Below are positions 1-13,765 of a DNA stretch of 64,000 nucleotides, piece by piece. The notes beneath the pieces were generated by a model. That model did not search any database and had not been told where the DNA came from. It saw only the letters and a list, made by a program, of their open reading frames with translations. A program made the translations under genes and the position numbers. Positions within the stretch are counted from its first letter, which is position 1, and every line of letters begins with the position of its first letter. Source of the DNA: Octopus vulgaris (taxonomy: Eukaryota); contig OX597820.1 of assembly GCA_951406725.2 (NCBI GenBank), forward strand, positions 94,736,001 through 94,800,000, read 5' to 3'.

Positions 1-519
1 CTCCACAAAGTCTGCATCGGCTGTCACATTTTACAGCTTTTCCTGCGTCTCTATCCCTTTTGTGCATCAGGTACTTGGTTGATATTTCCTGTTCCTGGAT
101 TGCAAACGCATACCCTTCAAAGTGGGAGGTAGTAATCCGGCTATTCGTCCATAATCAACTGCTTTCATGATCGATGTTAGTATCATCCCGGAGCTTTCTA
201 CTAACATATCCATGCGTAGTTTGCTCGTCCTTTCATCTGATGATATGTTGCAGTAGAGTCGTGCGACTTCTTTGGGCTTGTATTCTAGGTTATCAGACAA
301 AGAATGTTGCTCAAGGAGCTGCCTTCCAAGTTTTATGATGTTATCAGCCTCATGTATGCAAACTTCGACACTTGGTAGTTAAATGATGTTGTCTAGGGAA
401 TATGATATGACATTCAAAGGCATTTTGGATCGATGTTAAACCTCTACCGCCCTGTTTTCGCTTTAGGTAGAAGTGGCCTACAACACTGTTTAAGTAGAAT
501 TTATGTATGCTTATTAGTA

Positions 520-1000
520 TTTTTCAGGTTTTCACATCAATGACTCGGATCTCATCAAGCAGGTCATGATGCATGATGAAGAAAAATTGCAGGCGATTTT
601 CGATGTCCATTCTTTGCTTATAATGAAAGCTAACAGGGCAAGAAACATTGGAATGAGCGAGAGAATTTGAATAGGCGAGAGAAATTTTAAAAGGAGAGCG
701 TTTAGTCGCTATGGGAGGGGCAAGGAAAAATTATATTAGAAATAGGCTGTACATGAAAAGTTCTGGAAAGGGATGAAATTGGCGGACCCCAAAAGCTTGG
801 CTCCGAAACGGGATCAACTATATCCTGGTTGACAAATTTAGCATACTGCAAGACGTCTCAGTCGTAGCGCCATTCAACAACATCGATCACTATTTGCTAC
901 AGACAACATTCGTCATCGATAGGAAGTCAGAGAAAGTAGCATTGCACATCTCTATGAAGAACCAATGAATCAAGATCTTCGACGTGACGCAATTACAGGA
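520..1000 (+). mobile_element. Decayed RTE-like LINE endonuclease fragment
   Basis: Translates to INYILVDKFSILQDVSVVAPFNNIDHYLL, matching the APE endonuclease IDYIL...SDH motif. Confidence 0.55.
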
Positions 1001-3500
1001 TACTTGATTGGTGCTTATTTTATTGACCCGAGAATTATGAAATTAAGAAGTTGACTTGGACAGGATTAGAACTTAGGTTAGAAAGAGCCGTGATAAATAT
1101 TAGTTACAAATTTTGCCAGCAAGTTTGAGGCAAGGAGCAAGTCAATGTAATTGACTTACTCCCTCTCATAAAATTGCTGGCAAAATTTGACTTTCTTTCG
1201 GAGTCAATAAGTATCAGCTGAGCACTGGTGTAATCGGCTTACCCACTCACCCTGTTCACTGGAGAATGTTTTGAGAACTTTGTACGTAGAATCAGAATAG
1301 GTTTGATGCAAGCTCTTTACTTTATAAAGAGTAAGAGTAACATCATCTGTGTAAAAGCGGTATTGAAGGTGATTAGAGTGCAAGGGACATAATCGGTTGT
1401 CAGGAAATGAAATTATGCGTCAGAAACTGTAGATTTCAGCTGTCGCTGTCGTGTGTGAGGATGTCAATCAATTTTATTCTATAATCTAATTCTATGTTAT
1501 TTTAATTAACACGAAAAATATTTTTATTGTTGTGGTTTATGGGTTTGTTTGTTCTTTTTTTTTTTGGTAGCGCTATTCTCCTACAACTTTTATCATTTTC
1601 TAAATTTGAATAAATATTATTACTTTTCCGATATATCACGATGGAGTACCAAAAAAGAAAAAAAAAGCAGGGAATTTATCTGACAACCTTATAGTAATTT
1701 TAAAACGTGATGCTATAAATATGAAATGTGTATTTAAAGTGTTTTGGAGAAGCTGCACGATTTGCAAGGGAGGTAATTCTGAACAATTGTCTGAAAATTT
1801 GAAAACGAATATAATTTGCAATAATAAAGTTTTCTGGTGTAACCATAAAGTTTACATGAATGGAGTGGGTTAGTCGATGCCCTCAACAAGTATTTCACAA
1901 GTAATTTATTTTACCGACCTCGAAAGGATGAAAATCAAAGCTGACCTCAGCAGGATTTGAGCACAACGTAAAGGGACAGAACAAATTTTGTCCGATTGCC
2001 TAACAATTCTGCTAGACCACCAAGATTAATAACAATGATTTAATTCTTTTGTTTTGTTATGTTTTTGTCAAGAACAGCCATTCTTGGGATTAGTCGATAT
2101 CATCACCCATGTACTTGGCAGGTACTATATTTTCTTGTTGACCCTGGTGGGATGAAATGGAACTCAGCGGGATTTGAGCTAACATTCTCAGTTTAAAATT
2201 GCTGACCTTATGCCTACATCGGAAACAATTACTATTATTAGTGCTATTATTAACTCATTAACAGCCAAATTTTTGTTATTCATATATTTGGCTTTGCCAA
2301 GTGTCTTGGGAGTTAAAATAATATATAGTATTTAAATTTTCTTGATATGTGAATTATTTTGGAAATTATGATAAATTTTTTGAAAAGTCTCAAATGGGTA
2401 TCGCTGAGAAAAAGCATATTTATTCTTTTCTGTTCAATTGCAATAATAAACATTTGCGTTTTTTTTAAAACTATAATATCAAATGTGAATGTGTATAAAA
2501 TGTCAATGAATGATATAGACTGGAAATGCAGGGGAAAAAAAGGTTTTCAAAATATTATTGTAGTTCAAAAATTGTGACTTATGACAAGACCTGAAATTTT
2601 GTGGGAAGAGACTTGTCGATTACACTGACCCCGGGAACTTAACTGATACTTATCTTATTGGCCCCGAAAGAATGAAATTCAACCTCGGCGGAATTTGAAC
2701 TCAGAATATAAAGACGAACGAAATACCGCGAATTATTTTATCCGGCATACTATCGTTTCTGTTTCTTTATTGCCCACAAGGGGCTAAACATAGAGGGGAC
2801 AAACAAGGACAGACAAACGGATTAAGTCGATTACATCGACCCCAGTGCGTATCTGGTACTTAATTTATCGACCCCCGAAAGGATGAAAGGCAAAGTCAAC
2901 CTCGGCGGAATTTGAACTCAGAATGTAAAGACGAACGAAATACCGCGAATTATTTTATCCGGCATACTATCGTTTCTGCTAGCTCACCGCCTTTGATTCA
3001 AATTTTGGCAAGAGGGCAGTTCACTGCCTTAATTGTAATTCTTTCTTAATACAGGCACGATGCCTGAACATTTGAGAGAGGTATCAACTAGTACTTTGTT
3101 TTATCGAAAGGATGAAAAGCAAACTTGACTTCAAAATGATTTCAGCTGAGCACGCAAGGAGCAGAAAGAAATGCCGTCGAGTATTTCGTCCTACGTGCTA
3201 ATGATTATGTTAGGTCACCATAATAATAATAATCTTTTGTTCTATAGGCACAGGGATTAAAAGTTTTGGACAGGGAGCTAGCCTATTACATGGCTCCCAG
3301 TGTCCAACAGGTACTTATTATATCGACTCTGAAATAATGAAACGTTATTTTGACCCAGGTGAGAGAAAAAATACTGCAAAACATTTTTGTCCGACACGTT
3401 ATTGATTCAGCTGAGCAAGGGATAAGCGGATATCATCTATCCCAGTATTTTATTTTCTCGACCCCCGAGGATAAAGGCATAGCTGATTCAGACGCAGTAA
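1000..3500 (-). mobile_element. Cluster of tRNA-derived SINE fragments (family B: ...gaaaggatgaaaggcaaagtcaacctcggcggaatttgaactcagaa...)
   Basis: About eight diverged copies, mostly minus strand. Best copy 2761-2992. Further copies near 5800, 8160, 19610, 26425, 34810, 48740, 59575. Confidence 0.75.
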
Positions 3501-3646
3501 AATATTATACTTCTTTAAAAACGATTTATTAACTTCATTATGAAATAAAGTCAATAATTTCTACAATTCTCATTAGCTCTCTAATCTGAGGGCAAAATCT
3601 TACCACAAAATGAAAGTGTAATATGAGGGAAATTTGAATGCTATTT

Positions 3647-4061
3647 GGATCTTTTCTGTTTGAACGGCAGTTTTTTAAAATAACTTCCACGTAACCAAAC
3701 ACTTTTAAACTTCGTATACTGGTAGAATGTGTTTATAAAACATCTTTTCTCTTGGCTTTATTGAGAAAATTCTATAGTTTGTAAGATATCTGTTGTTTTT
3801 TTTCTTCAATTTCTGCAATTTCAACCAATCAATGACGTCTATTGGGGTAAAAAAAAACTTTCTGTGCCGTATGAATATGTCCCTCAATTAAGGAACTGAT
3901 TGGGTTTATTTACATTTGTGAAGAAAAAAATGATACACTTCCTCCCATTCCTAACCCTAAAACAGATTGAAATGCAACAGATTGATACTAGGGTCGTAAT
4001 TATGGGTGACAATTTCATATGACACCGCTAGAAAAAACTGCCGTTCAAACCGAAAAGATCC
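3647..4061. mobile_element. MITE with ~30-bp TIRs (Merlin-like)
   Basis: GGATCTTTTCTGTTTGAACGGCAGTTTTTT ... AAAAAACTGCCGTTCAAACCGAAAAGATCC; imperfect 8-bp TSD tgctattt/tgcaattt. Confidence 0.75.
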
Positions 4062-4654
4062 TGCAATTTCTCACTAGTTGCGCCAATGTGTAAATGCTTC
4101 TTCGATGTTTTAGCCCTTATCAAAAATCTTTCCAGTGTCATGCAACCGTTACTGTGTAAATCTAATATCAAAGACTCCAACCGTAACCATTCCATCTACG
4201 ACTGCATTATCCTACTGTCACATTTCGTGACAGTAGGATGCAAAGGCAATCTTTCGAACTTTGTACATGTATTATGGTGAAGAAAGTGACAAAAACTACC
4301 CCGAATGAAGGTTGAGCAAATAATCATAGAATGTGACTGATTAATCTAAACATTTTTGGACAATCATTCGATATTAGTACACATCGTCATACACTCACAC
4401 AACATTTTCCCTTATGAAACAAAAAGAGGCTGGGCTCAAAAAGACACAGAATGACATGATCTACTAATACCGAAAGGCTACCATTTTTTTCTAATTATTA
4501 AAACGAATGTATTGACAGTAAAAGTATAAAGCATTGCAAAAGCACACACTCACGTACACACGGTTATATACACACCGAATATAGGTACACATACACACAC
4601 GCTGACATTGTCTTCCATTCAGTTTGTGTCACTTTGTGCGCCATATTATATATA

Positions 4655-5042
4655 CTCCTTTACTTGTTTCAGTCATTTGACTGCGGCCATGCTGGAGCAC
4701 CACCTTTAGTCGAGCAAATCGACCCAGGGACTTATTCTTTGTAAGCCCAGTACTTATTCTATCGGTCTCTTTTGCCGAACCGCTAAGTAACGGGGACATA
4801 AACACACCAGCATCGGTTGTCAAGCAATGCTAGGGGGACAAACACAGACACACACATATATATATATATATACATATATACGACAGGCTTCTTTCAGTTT
4901 CCGTCTACCAAATCCACTCACAAGGCATTGGTCGGCTCGGGGTTATAGCAGAAGACACTTGCCCAAGATGCCACGCAGTGGACTGAACCCGGAACCATGT
5001 GGCTGGTAAACAAGCTACTTACCACACAGCCACTCCTGCGCC
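4655..5042 (-). mobile_element. tRNA-derived SINE family A with internal (TA)n/(CA)n
   Basis: Minus-strand head GGCGCAGGAGTGGCTGTGTGG (A box) ... GGTTCAGTCC (B box). Other copies: ~11630-12012(-), 13070-13443(-), 15755-15978(-), 23850-24263(-), 36857-37250(-), 41557-41935(+), 52015-52445(-), 55843-56226(+), 56755-57133(+). Confidence 0.85.
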
Positions 5043-5099
5043 TATGTTCAAAATACTAAAAGTTTTCTGGATGTAAATGAAGGGTGTTTAGCCACTATT

Positions 5100-5240
5100 T
5101 CTAGTATGCCGAACAAAAACAAGCGAAACATCGTCGCGAATAGTGAGAACGGAAGCAAATAGCGAAAGCGGAAGTTGATTTATTTACATTCTGGCCTCGT
5201 CATGGGCGGTGTTATATGAAAGAGGCGGCTGTTGACAACG
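5100..5240 (+). promoter_or_regulatory. CpG-rich TATA-less promoter candidate
   Basis: Local CpG cluster, TCGCGA (~5135), two CGGAAG ETS-type sites (~5150, ~5169) and GGGCGG (~5204), all upstream of the ATG at 5421. Confidence 0.55.
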
Positions 5241-5420
5241 TAACAGTAACTTACTTTTATTTATTTTTTTTTCGGCCTCTTCTTTCTACCACCTGTCCTT
5301 TCAGTTCTGCTTTTTGCTTCCTTTCAATTCTTATTCACCTTTTATTCATAATTCCAGATCCTAGTGTTCTGGTTCTTCATGTTAAAAAAACAGACTATTT
5401 TTATTTCTATATGACTCGCT

Positions 5421-5514
5421 ATGTCTCTTAACGAAATCACTGAAGGTTTACGAAAGGCCGTTGAATCTGGACGGACGGATATAGTGCGAAGTGTGATTTC
5501 AACTTTACAAAAAA
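5421..5514 (+). CDS. Coding exon 1 (MSLNEITEGLRKAVESGRTDIVRSVISTLQK), degenerate ankyrin-like
   Basis: ATG at 5421; donor a|gtaagt at 5515, phase 1; lies just downstream of a CpG-rich promoter-like patch. Confidence 0.8.
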
Positions 5515-8500
5515 GTAAGTTATTCTTATTGTTTATTTATTTGCCTTTTTCTAATTTTAATGTAATTAACGTTCATTCAATACTGAATACAAACGACCAC
5601 TATTTGATAAAATAACCAACCTTCCTTTTAAAATTTTCGTTCTTTTTCCTACTATTCTTGCACAATCAAAGTGATCGCTTGCATTTGCAGTGACTAGGCT
5701 CTGTAATTTAGAAAACAAATATAATTTAGTGATATGCCACGAAGAGAATGCCGGCTTCTTCGTCTCATATGCCAATTACTTACGACGGTTAATCAACATT
5801 ATCTTTAGAGTTCAAACTCTGCCGAAGTCGACTTTGCCTTTCGTCTTCCTGGGTTCGATAAAATAAGTACTAGTCAAGATCTTGGGTCCACTTATTCGAC
5901 GACCCATTCTCAAATTTTTGTCTTTGTGCCTCTGCAAGAAATACGATTTATCTTCGTTATGTTGGGTTCGAGAAGACTGTTTGTTTTATTGAGTTCTTAA
6001 CCTATAAATAATGGGCTATTGCATATTTAAGTGAAGGGGGAAATGTATTTTTTTGAAAAAAGAAAAGAAAAACTCTTTGTAATTGTATACGTTGTCACAT
6101 AAACATTCTATCACGGTTGTATTGTTATTGGAGAGAGGGAGGGAAGCTGACTTGTACAATGTTACTTCGATACACATTCGACGCTGCTAAGGAAACTGCC
6201 GTATTATTGATTTCTCTGAGTTTTGACTAGTAGTAGCAATAGTTTAATCCCAGTCAGCCCTAACAGAGCAAACTTGTGATCAGAGGTATTCTCATGTGTC
6301 CCTTACGTCCTAATTAGTGTTACGTAGGACTTCATCATCTGGTGTTCCCTACTTTCTCTTCTTTTGTTTTTTTTAAGATGACGGTGTGAGTTTAGAGGAT
6401 TTAGCTTCGTAGAGACTTCCTCGTTTGATAGTAAAACCTTGCGTCGAGTGAGATTACCTCGCGGTTTTAACCTTACCCTCATTAATAACATACCACAATA
6501 CAACACGGAAAAAATGCACTATCTCGTTTCCTCATTTATTTTAATGAATCTTAAAATCCCAAGTGTTTGTAAGCAAGTATATATTCTCTCTGATTGTTTT
6601 CATGTTGACAGGATTTGGAAGAACGAAATATTACGATTATCGAACTTGGATTTAAATTTCCCTACACGCAAACGTTTTTGGTAAACGAAGATTTGGACAC
6701 AATTGGACTCAAGGAAATGTTATATAAACGTTCAGCTAAGAATATTACTGTTATGCAGTCATTCACCCCGCCCAGTATTAATAAAATAGAAAGTTTCAAT
6801 GCTATAAATTGGAACGGCCTTTTACAATGTCGGCTCACGCCGCTTGCTGCAGTCAGACGTCAACCCCTTGGCGACGCTCAACTTTCATAACATATTCCTG
6901 TCTTCAGCTTTCTTTTCCTGCGGGTTCTTTTAATGTGAATTGTCTTGGACCTTCGTTACCCATCCACATCACAGTAATAAAATGATTTCTAAAACTGATC
7001 GATTTTATCAACCCCAAGATGATAAAAGACAAATGTGACCCTAGATGGACCGAAACTCAAACCAGGAAAGAATTTAACTATTCAGGGCTTCATCAGGACA
7101 TTTATTATATTAGAGTGTTTACCGTTTTACAAAATTAAATTAGAAAATTGGACAAAACAGAGAGAACACACTTGAAAAAATGAAAAAGAAAAAGATCACA
7201 ACAATTCACCACCTTGGGTTGAAAAGGTGGGGCGCTGGGAAACCTCTCTAATGGCTATTGAGGCACACTTGCAGCGTTGCCACGGGTGATGGCGAGGCTG
7301 ATGTGCTGGAACAGCCAAGTTCCCTCACAACCCTCACCAGTTACCTCTACGAGGCTAATTGCCAGTGGAGACAGGAATCTCACTGTTAGTGGTCCGACAC
7401 CCACCAAAAGTCTCAAATGCCACAGGATGGAAAATGTAGTTGGCCAACAAATCATGGTATTTCAGGATTTTGTTCTGCTTGGTCACAGAAGCTATGGATC
7501 TCACCCTGACCACAGCATCCAGGATGTGAGAAGAAGCTAAGAGTTGCTAACTGTGACATTCCAGGCAAGGCATCTGCCTTGCGACCAGGAGCACAAGGTG
7601 AGGCCGTCAGGTCTCTTCCCATCACATCTGGACAATCCAGATGGTTCCAAGATGGAGAGGATGTTTGCCTAGGCCAAGCTCCTCTTGGGTATCAGGTTCA
7701 ACTTCGTATGATGCACAAAGCAACCAGCATTCAGACAGCAAGAAAGGCCATGAAGGCATGTGGAGTTGAGGAGCCTGCAACAACAACAGATTAGACCTGT
7801 GCATATGTAAGCTCCCACTCTGAGGGTAATGGAGACACAAAGTTCAACCAAGCTGAGTAGGCCACCAACATTAGTCACAGGGATGGCATCAATCCAGTCA
7901 CCTGAGTATTTGGCACTAGCAGACAGTAAGCAACATCTTGAAAACTGGTCCGATTGGAGGAAGAGGGAGTTGAAGGTGGCCTTCGAAATTATGCCATCCC
8001 AAGCTCTCTGACTCCGACAGTCCTCCACGTTCTCAGGAGAAGACAAGCCCAATTCCCTCCAGTATTGGAGAGCTTCGTCCAAAAATATCTAAAACCATTT
8101 TGTACACCACAATAATTTTGTTATCTCTTGTTCCAAAATAATAGGAATGATTAAGTTTTCAAAATTTGGTACAAGGCCAGCAATTTTGGAAGAGGGGCTA
8201 AGTCGATTACATCAACCTCAGTGCTCAACTGGTACTTATCTTTTCAACTCGAGAAGGATGAAAGGCAAAGTCAACTTATGTGGAATTTGAACTCAGAACG
8301 TAAAAGTCAGATAAAATGTCGGTAAGCATTTTGCCTGGTGTTCTAACAATTCTGCCAGCTCTGTAATAATTGTTTCAAATTTAGGTACATGATCTGCAAT
8401 TTAGAGAGGAAGGTTTAGTCGATTATGTCAGCCTCATTACTTGACTGGTGTTTTCAGCATCATCATTTCAACATCCACTTTTCTGTACTTGCAGGAGTTT

Positions 8501-10680
8501 GATAGAATTTTTTGAGACAAATTTTCTAAGCTGGATGCTCTTCCTTTCACTGACACTCACCTAAGTAGGGTAATATTTTCCCTATGACCAGACATTTGAA
8601 ATTGGTAACAAAGGATACCACTTGCATGACACCAGCACTCATTTACAACTCCCACACAATATCAAGGCATGGAGATAGTAACACTAATACACACAGATTG
8701 TTATATTTTGGGATGGTCATTTTTTTTTCTTGCCAAATAAACACATTCACACGTTATATATAAACTTCACACGTTTATTATTGTTCTTATTTTATCTTTT
8801 GTCCATTGTCTGGAAATCTTTCGTCACACACCTGTGACCTGTTCCCACGTGTCTCCTGTTCTGTTTAGTCATATATCTGGATAAATTTTTTTTATTTAGC
8901 TCCTTCATTTCTTTTAAGGATTCATCATGAATATTTTTTTTTTTTTTAAATTCATATTCTTTATATGTGAATTAGTTGAAAAAATTTGAATTTGTTTTAT
9001 TGAGTTTTGAAAAGCGGGTGTTTTGGGAAAGGTTATTTGAAATGTTCTTTGTCATCTAAAATCTGTGTGTTGTGAGTTTTTAAGCTAAGAAAAGATTGGA
9101 AAAGAGGAAGAAAGACAAAGGGATGTTTTTATTACTTGGTTGGTTGAAATTGATGACTAATCAAAGAGGTCAAATTTTTTTATCAATTGCAATAATCTTT
9201 TTTTTTCAGTTATTGTGTGACTGACAAAATTGTTTTTGGTCAGTTGTCATATTACTTTTAATAAGCATTTCCCCTGTTTTTATAGATATATTTTTTACAC
9301 ATTTAGTTTAGGTAAAAACAAATTTTATAAAATGTAATTCTGTTGCCTTCTGGTATTTTGAATCATCCCTTGGGCATTTGTAGAAAAGAAAAGTCTTGAA
9401 TCTGTTGTTTCCACATATTTCCAGGTGCTTGCTCAGTGGAATATTACATAGTAGTTTTTGTCTCTGTTTATGGATTCTTGTATGTTCGCAAAAGAAATTG
9501 TTGGTTTTGCTAAATTAATTCTCTTTGCCATTGAGACAGGTTATGCAATATAGTAGATTCTGTGTGGGCAGTCCATATTTGCATTTACTTGGAAGGAGAA
9601 TCCACTTTAAATTTTGTATGGGAGCCTGTGTCTAGATATTTTAGGTTGTTGTTGTTGTTACATATTCCACATCTATTGTTTCCACAGTCCTTCCTGAAGA
9701 ATTTTCAAGTATCATCTGATGTGAGTTTTGTCCTCTTCAGATGTTTTTTTTAAGATTTGTTTGATGAGATTTTCATCAACCAGTGAAGCCTGGTGCAGTT
9801 TTCTGGTTTGCCAGTTCCTATCAAACCGTCCAGCCCATATCAGCATGGAAAACAGACTTTATATGATGATGTATGTATGTGTGTAGCATGGAAGGTGAAC
9901 GTTAAACGACAATGATATATATTACAGTTCTATATTTAAAAGATGAGGAATTATGTACATTATTTACATTTGACAGATATTTGTCCTCATCTTGTTTGTT
10001 GTTAGAACAACATTTTGGCTGATATACCCTCCAGCCTTCATCAGGTTTCTTGGGGAAGTTTCGAACTTGGTTTCTCATTCCTAAGGTATTTTTTGATGTT
10101 ATTATTATTGTATATATATATATATATCATCATCATCGTTTAACGTCCACTTTACATGCTAGAATGGGTTGGACAATTTGATTGAGGACTGGCGAACCAG
10201 ATGGCTGCACCAGGCTCCAATCTGAACTAGCAGAGTTTCTACAGCTGAATGCCCTTCCTAATGCTAACCACTCCAAGAGTGTAGTGGGTGCTTTTACGTG
10301 CCACCAGCACGAGGGCCAGTTATATCCATCCAGTGTACTGTTTCACTGCTTGATTACCTTCAGTCATGACTGACTGTGGGATTGCACCTAGAAAGTTACC
10401 CTCCCAGGCACAAGTCCGGGCAAGGTTGTTTATGGAAGACCAGCAGTCGCCCATGCATACCGGCCTCCCTTCTCCATGCCACCAGTGTTATCCAAGGGAA
10501 AGGCAAAGGCTGATACAGCTTGGCACCTGTGATGTCGCAACTCATTTCTATGGCTGAGTGAACTGGAGCAACGGGAAATAAAGTATCTTGCTCAAGAACA
10601 CAACATGCAGCCCGATCCGGGATTCAAACTCACAACCTCACGATCATAAGCTCAACGCTATACCACTGAGCCATGCGCCT

Positions 10681-10711
<31 letters not shown>

Positions 10712-13700
10712 TGTGTGTGTATGTGTGCATTTGTGTGTGTTTGACCCCTACCACCACTTGGCAACTAGTGCTAGTGTGTTTATGTTCTGGTAGCTTAGCA
10801 GTTCAGCAAAAGAGACTGATATAATAAGTACTGGGGGCCGATTTGCTCAACTAAAATTCTTCAAGGCAGTGCTCTCTGACATGGTTGCAGTCTAATGACT
10901 GAAACAAGTAAAAAACGAAAAGGATATGCTAACTTTTTGTATAGAATCAACTGCCATTGAAGATTCAATATGAGCACTGTTTATATTGGGTTTATTTCTG
11001 ATAAATTTTTATTTCAAAGCGACTTCATCATTTTGCACCTACTTTCCATGCTGACTTGGATTAGACTTATCAACAGGATCTTACAAGTTGAATGACTAAA
11101 GTCTTGCTGAAATATCAATTTTGGCATGGTTTATGACTTGATGCCCTTCCTAACACCATCCACTTTTTAGAGTGCACTGGATGTATTTTCTCATAGCATG
11201 AACAAAACAACAATTGTTTCTACTATGAAAATGCTTGTCGAGACCTCTCTTTTTAAATCTACCACATTTAGATGGGCAAAGTAATATTTTATCTAAAGAG
11301 AAAGTTTATATACATACATTGGCTTACTGTGGACCTTCTCAAAGCAAATTCTTACTATCTAATAAGCAAACATGATTTCAACAAAGAATACATACAAACA
11401 GATGAATAATGTGTATCCATGCTTCTGATCGAGTGTGATACATCTCATTAGGAAACAAGTGAAGTAAAGTGTGTATCATAAATCAATAAAACATCTGTAT
11501 ATATCGTTGGTTGTGAAGTGAAAGAAAAAGCCACTTGGATAAATGGCTCAGTAGAAAGGCCATTGTTTTTATCAAGGAAATATTGAAAGAAATATTAGAA
11601 ATGTAAGCATTCATGAAGCTATTTTTTATTCTTTTACTTGTTTCAGTCATTTGACTGCAGCCATGCTAGAGCACAACCCTTAGTTGAACAAATCAACCTC
11701 AAGGCTTATTCTTTGTAAGCCTAGTACTTATTCTATTGGTCTCTTTTACCGAACCACTAAGTTATGGGGACGAAAACACACCAACATCAATTGTCGAGAG
11801 ATGGTGGGGGGACAAACACAGACACACAAATATATACACACACACACACATATATACGCAACAGGCTTCTTTCAGTTTCTTCCTACCAAATTCACTCACA
11901 AGACTTAGGTCAGCCCAAGGGTATTGAAGACACTTGCCCAAGGTGCCATGCAGTGGGACTGAACCCAGAACTGTGTGGTTGAGAAGCAAACTTCTTACTA
12001 CACAGCTTGCCCTGAAGTATATGGTTGATTTGATGTTGGTGTTCACTAATGTTATAATGACTTTTTGTTATTTCTGACAATCATTGGACTATGATTATAC
12101 TGGGATATCCTCTTGAAGAGTTTTAATCATTTTACTTAGATTATTTTTTAAGTCTGGTACTTACTCTGTTAGAGTTCTACTGTGACATTTTAAAGCATTT
12201 GAGGGAGGGTATTTGGTGAAATCAGCTGGATCTGTGGAGCGTGAAGAATTGGGTTCTTCACCAAGCTCTCCTCACTCAGGAATTTCTCTCCAAAAACAAC
12301 ATATCACTTCCGCACCCACCCTGTTCACCAGATTTAGCGCCTGTAGACTTCCATCTCTTCCCCAAGATGAAAATGCAGCTAAAAGATCACTGTTTTCACA
12401 CTGTTGTCAAGATCTAGAGTGAATCACAGAAGGTCTTCACTCACTTATGGAAAATGACTTCCTGGTCAGATTCCAAAAGTAGCTGGAACACTGGGATCGG
12501 TGTAAGGAGATGATATTCAAAACTTAGGTAAATAAGCTATAAGTTATTTTTTTATTGATAAATCTCAGAGCGAGTTATAAACAGTAGCAGCAACACTTCG
12601 TGACGTATATTTGCCATTTGAATATGGCTAACCCCTAAGGGTGGATGCTACTGTAGTTTGTAGCCCCAGGAGGACACCTCCTCCAGCTGGCTATAGACAC
12701 ACTTTCTGTGCCCTGAAGGATGGCTTCCCTTCGCAAATACTGATAGGGCACAGAAAGTGTGTCTATAGCCAGCTGGAGGAGGTGTCCTCCTGGGGCTACA
12801 AACTACAGTAGCATCCACCCTTAGGGGTTAGCCATATTCAAATGGCAAATATACGTCACAATATTTTTATTATTCATAGCTATAACTAATCTAGGAATCT
12901 TTTGATATCACCTTGCAGTTGAACTGAACTTGGAACCATGTGACTGCAATGCAACCTTCTTAGCCACATGGCTGTGACATTTATGTTCATTATTATTACC
13001 ACTTTTTTTTCTTCTTGTGTCCAAATTTAGTGCCTTTTTTATGTTGAAATAATATTTTTTTTTTCCTACATGTTTCAGTCATTAGAATGCAGCCATGCTA
13101 GGGCACTGCTTTGAAGAATTTTTAGTCAAATGAGTTGACCCCATTACTTATTTTTAAGCCTGGTACTTATTGTATCAGTCTCTTCTGCTGAACCACTAAG
13201 TTATGGGAATGTAAACACACCAACACTGGTTGTCAAATGCTGGTGGGGAGGACAAAGTCACACAAACATATATATGTATATATATGTATACACACATATA
13301 TATTATATAATATACAATGGGCATCTTTGTTTCCATCTACCAGATCCACTCACAAGGCTTTGGTCAGCCCAAGGTGCCACACTGTGGGATTGAACCAGGA
13401 ACCATGTGGTTGGGAAGCAAGCTTCTTAACACACACCCATGCTTGTTTAAATTTATTTAATTTTGTGTGTGTGTGTGTGTGTATTTCTAATACAGTGTTT
13501 TTGTTAAAGTTGATATGAATGAGTGGCTGGCTGTAGGTTATGAGTCATATACCAATGAAGAACGATAATATTGATTATCGCTGACAGCTGTTTGATCAAA
13601 TTGACATTTACAATTCATTAAAACCATGGGTTTTTATTTATTTCTTCATGAATCGATTTGTTTTGTGTCCCATCACATTCAGTTTCAACCATATAGATAC

Positions 13701-13714
13701 TTGCATTTTAACCA

Positions 13715-13765
<51 letters not shown>

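Noticed and set aside
1000-3500. Regularly recurring motif resembling a CRISPR-like array
   Set aside because: Diverged SINE fragments with irregular spacing in a eukaryotic context.
4827-5009. Recurrent ORFs ending ...GLNPEPCGW at many loci
   Set aside because: Antisense translations of SINE family A, not a gene family.
4960-5042. tRNA-like A/B boxes
   Set aside because: SINE heads continuing into SINE bodies; no complete cloverleaf.
8810-8845. Hammerhead-like stem II + GAAA on the minus strand
   Set aside because: The CUGANGA core is missing, so it is not called a ribozyme.
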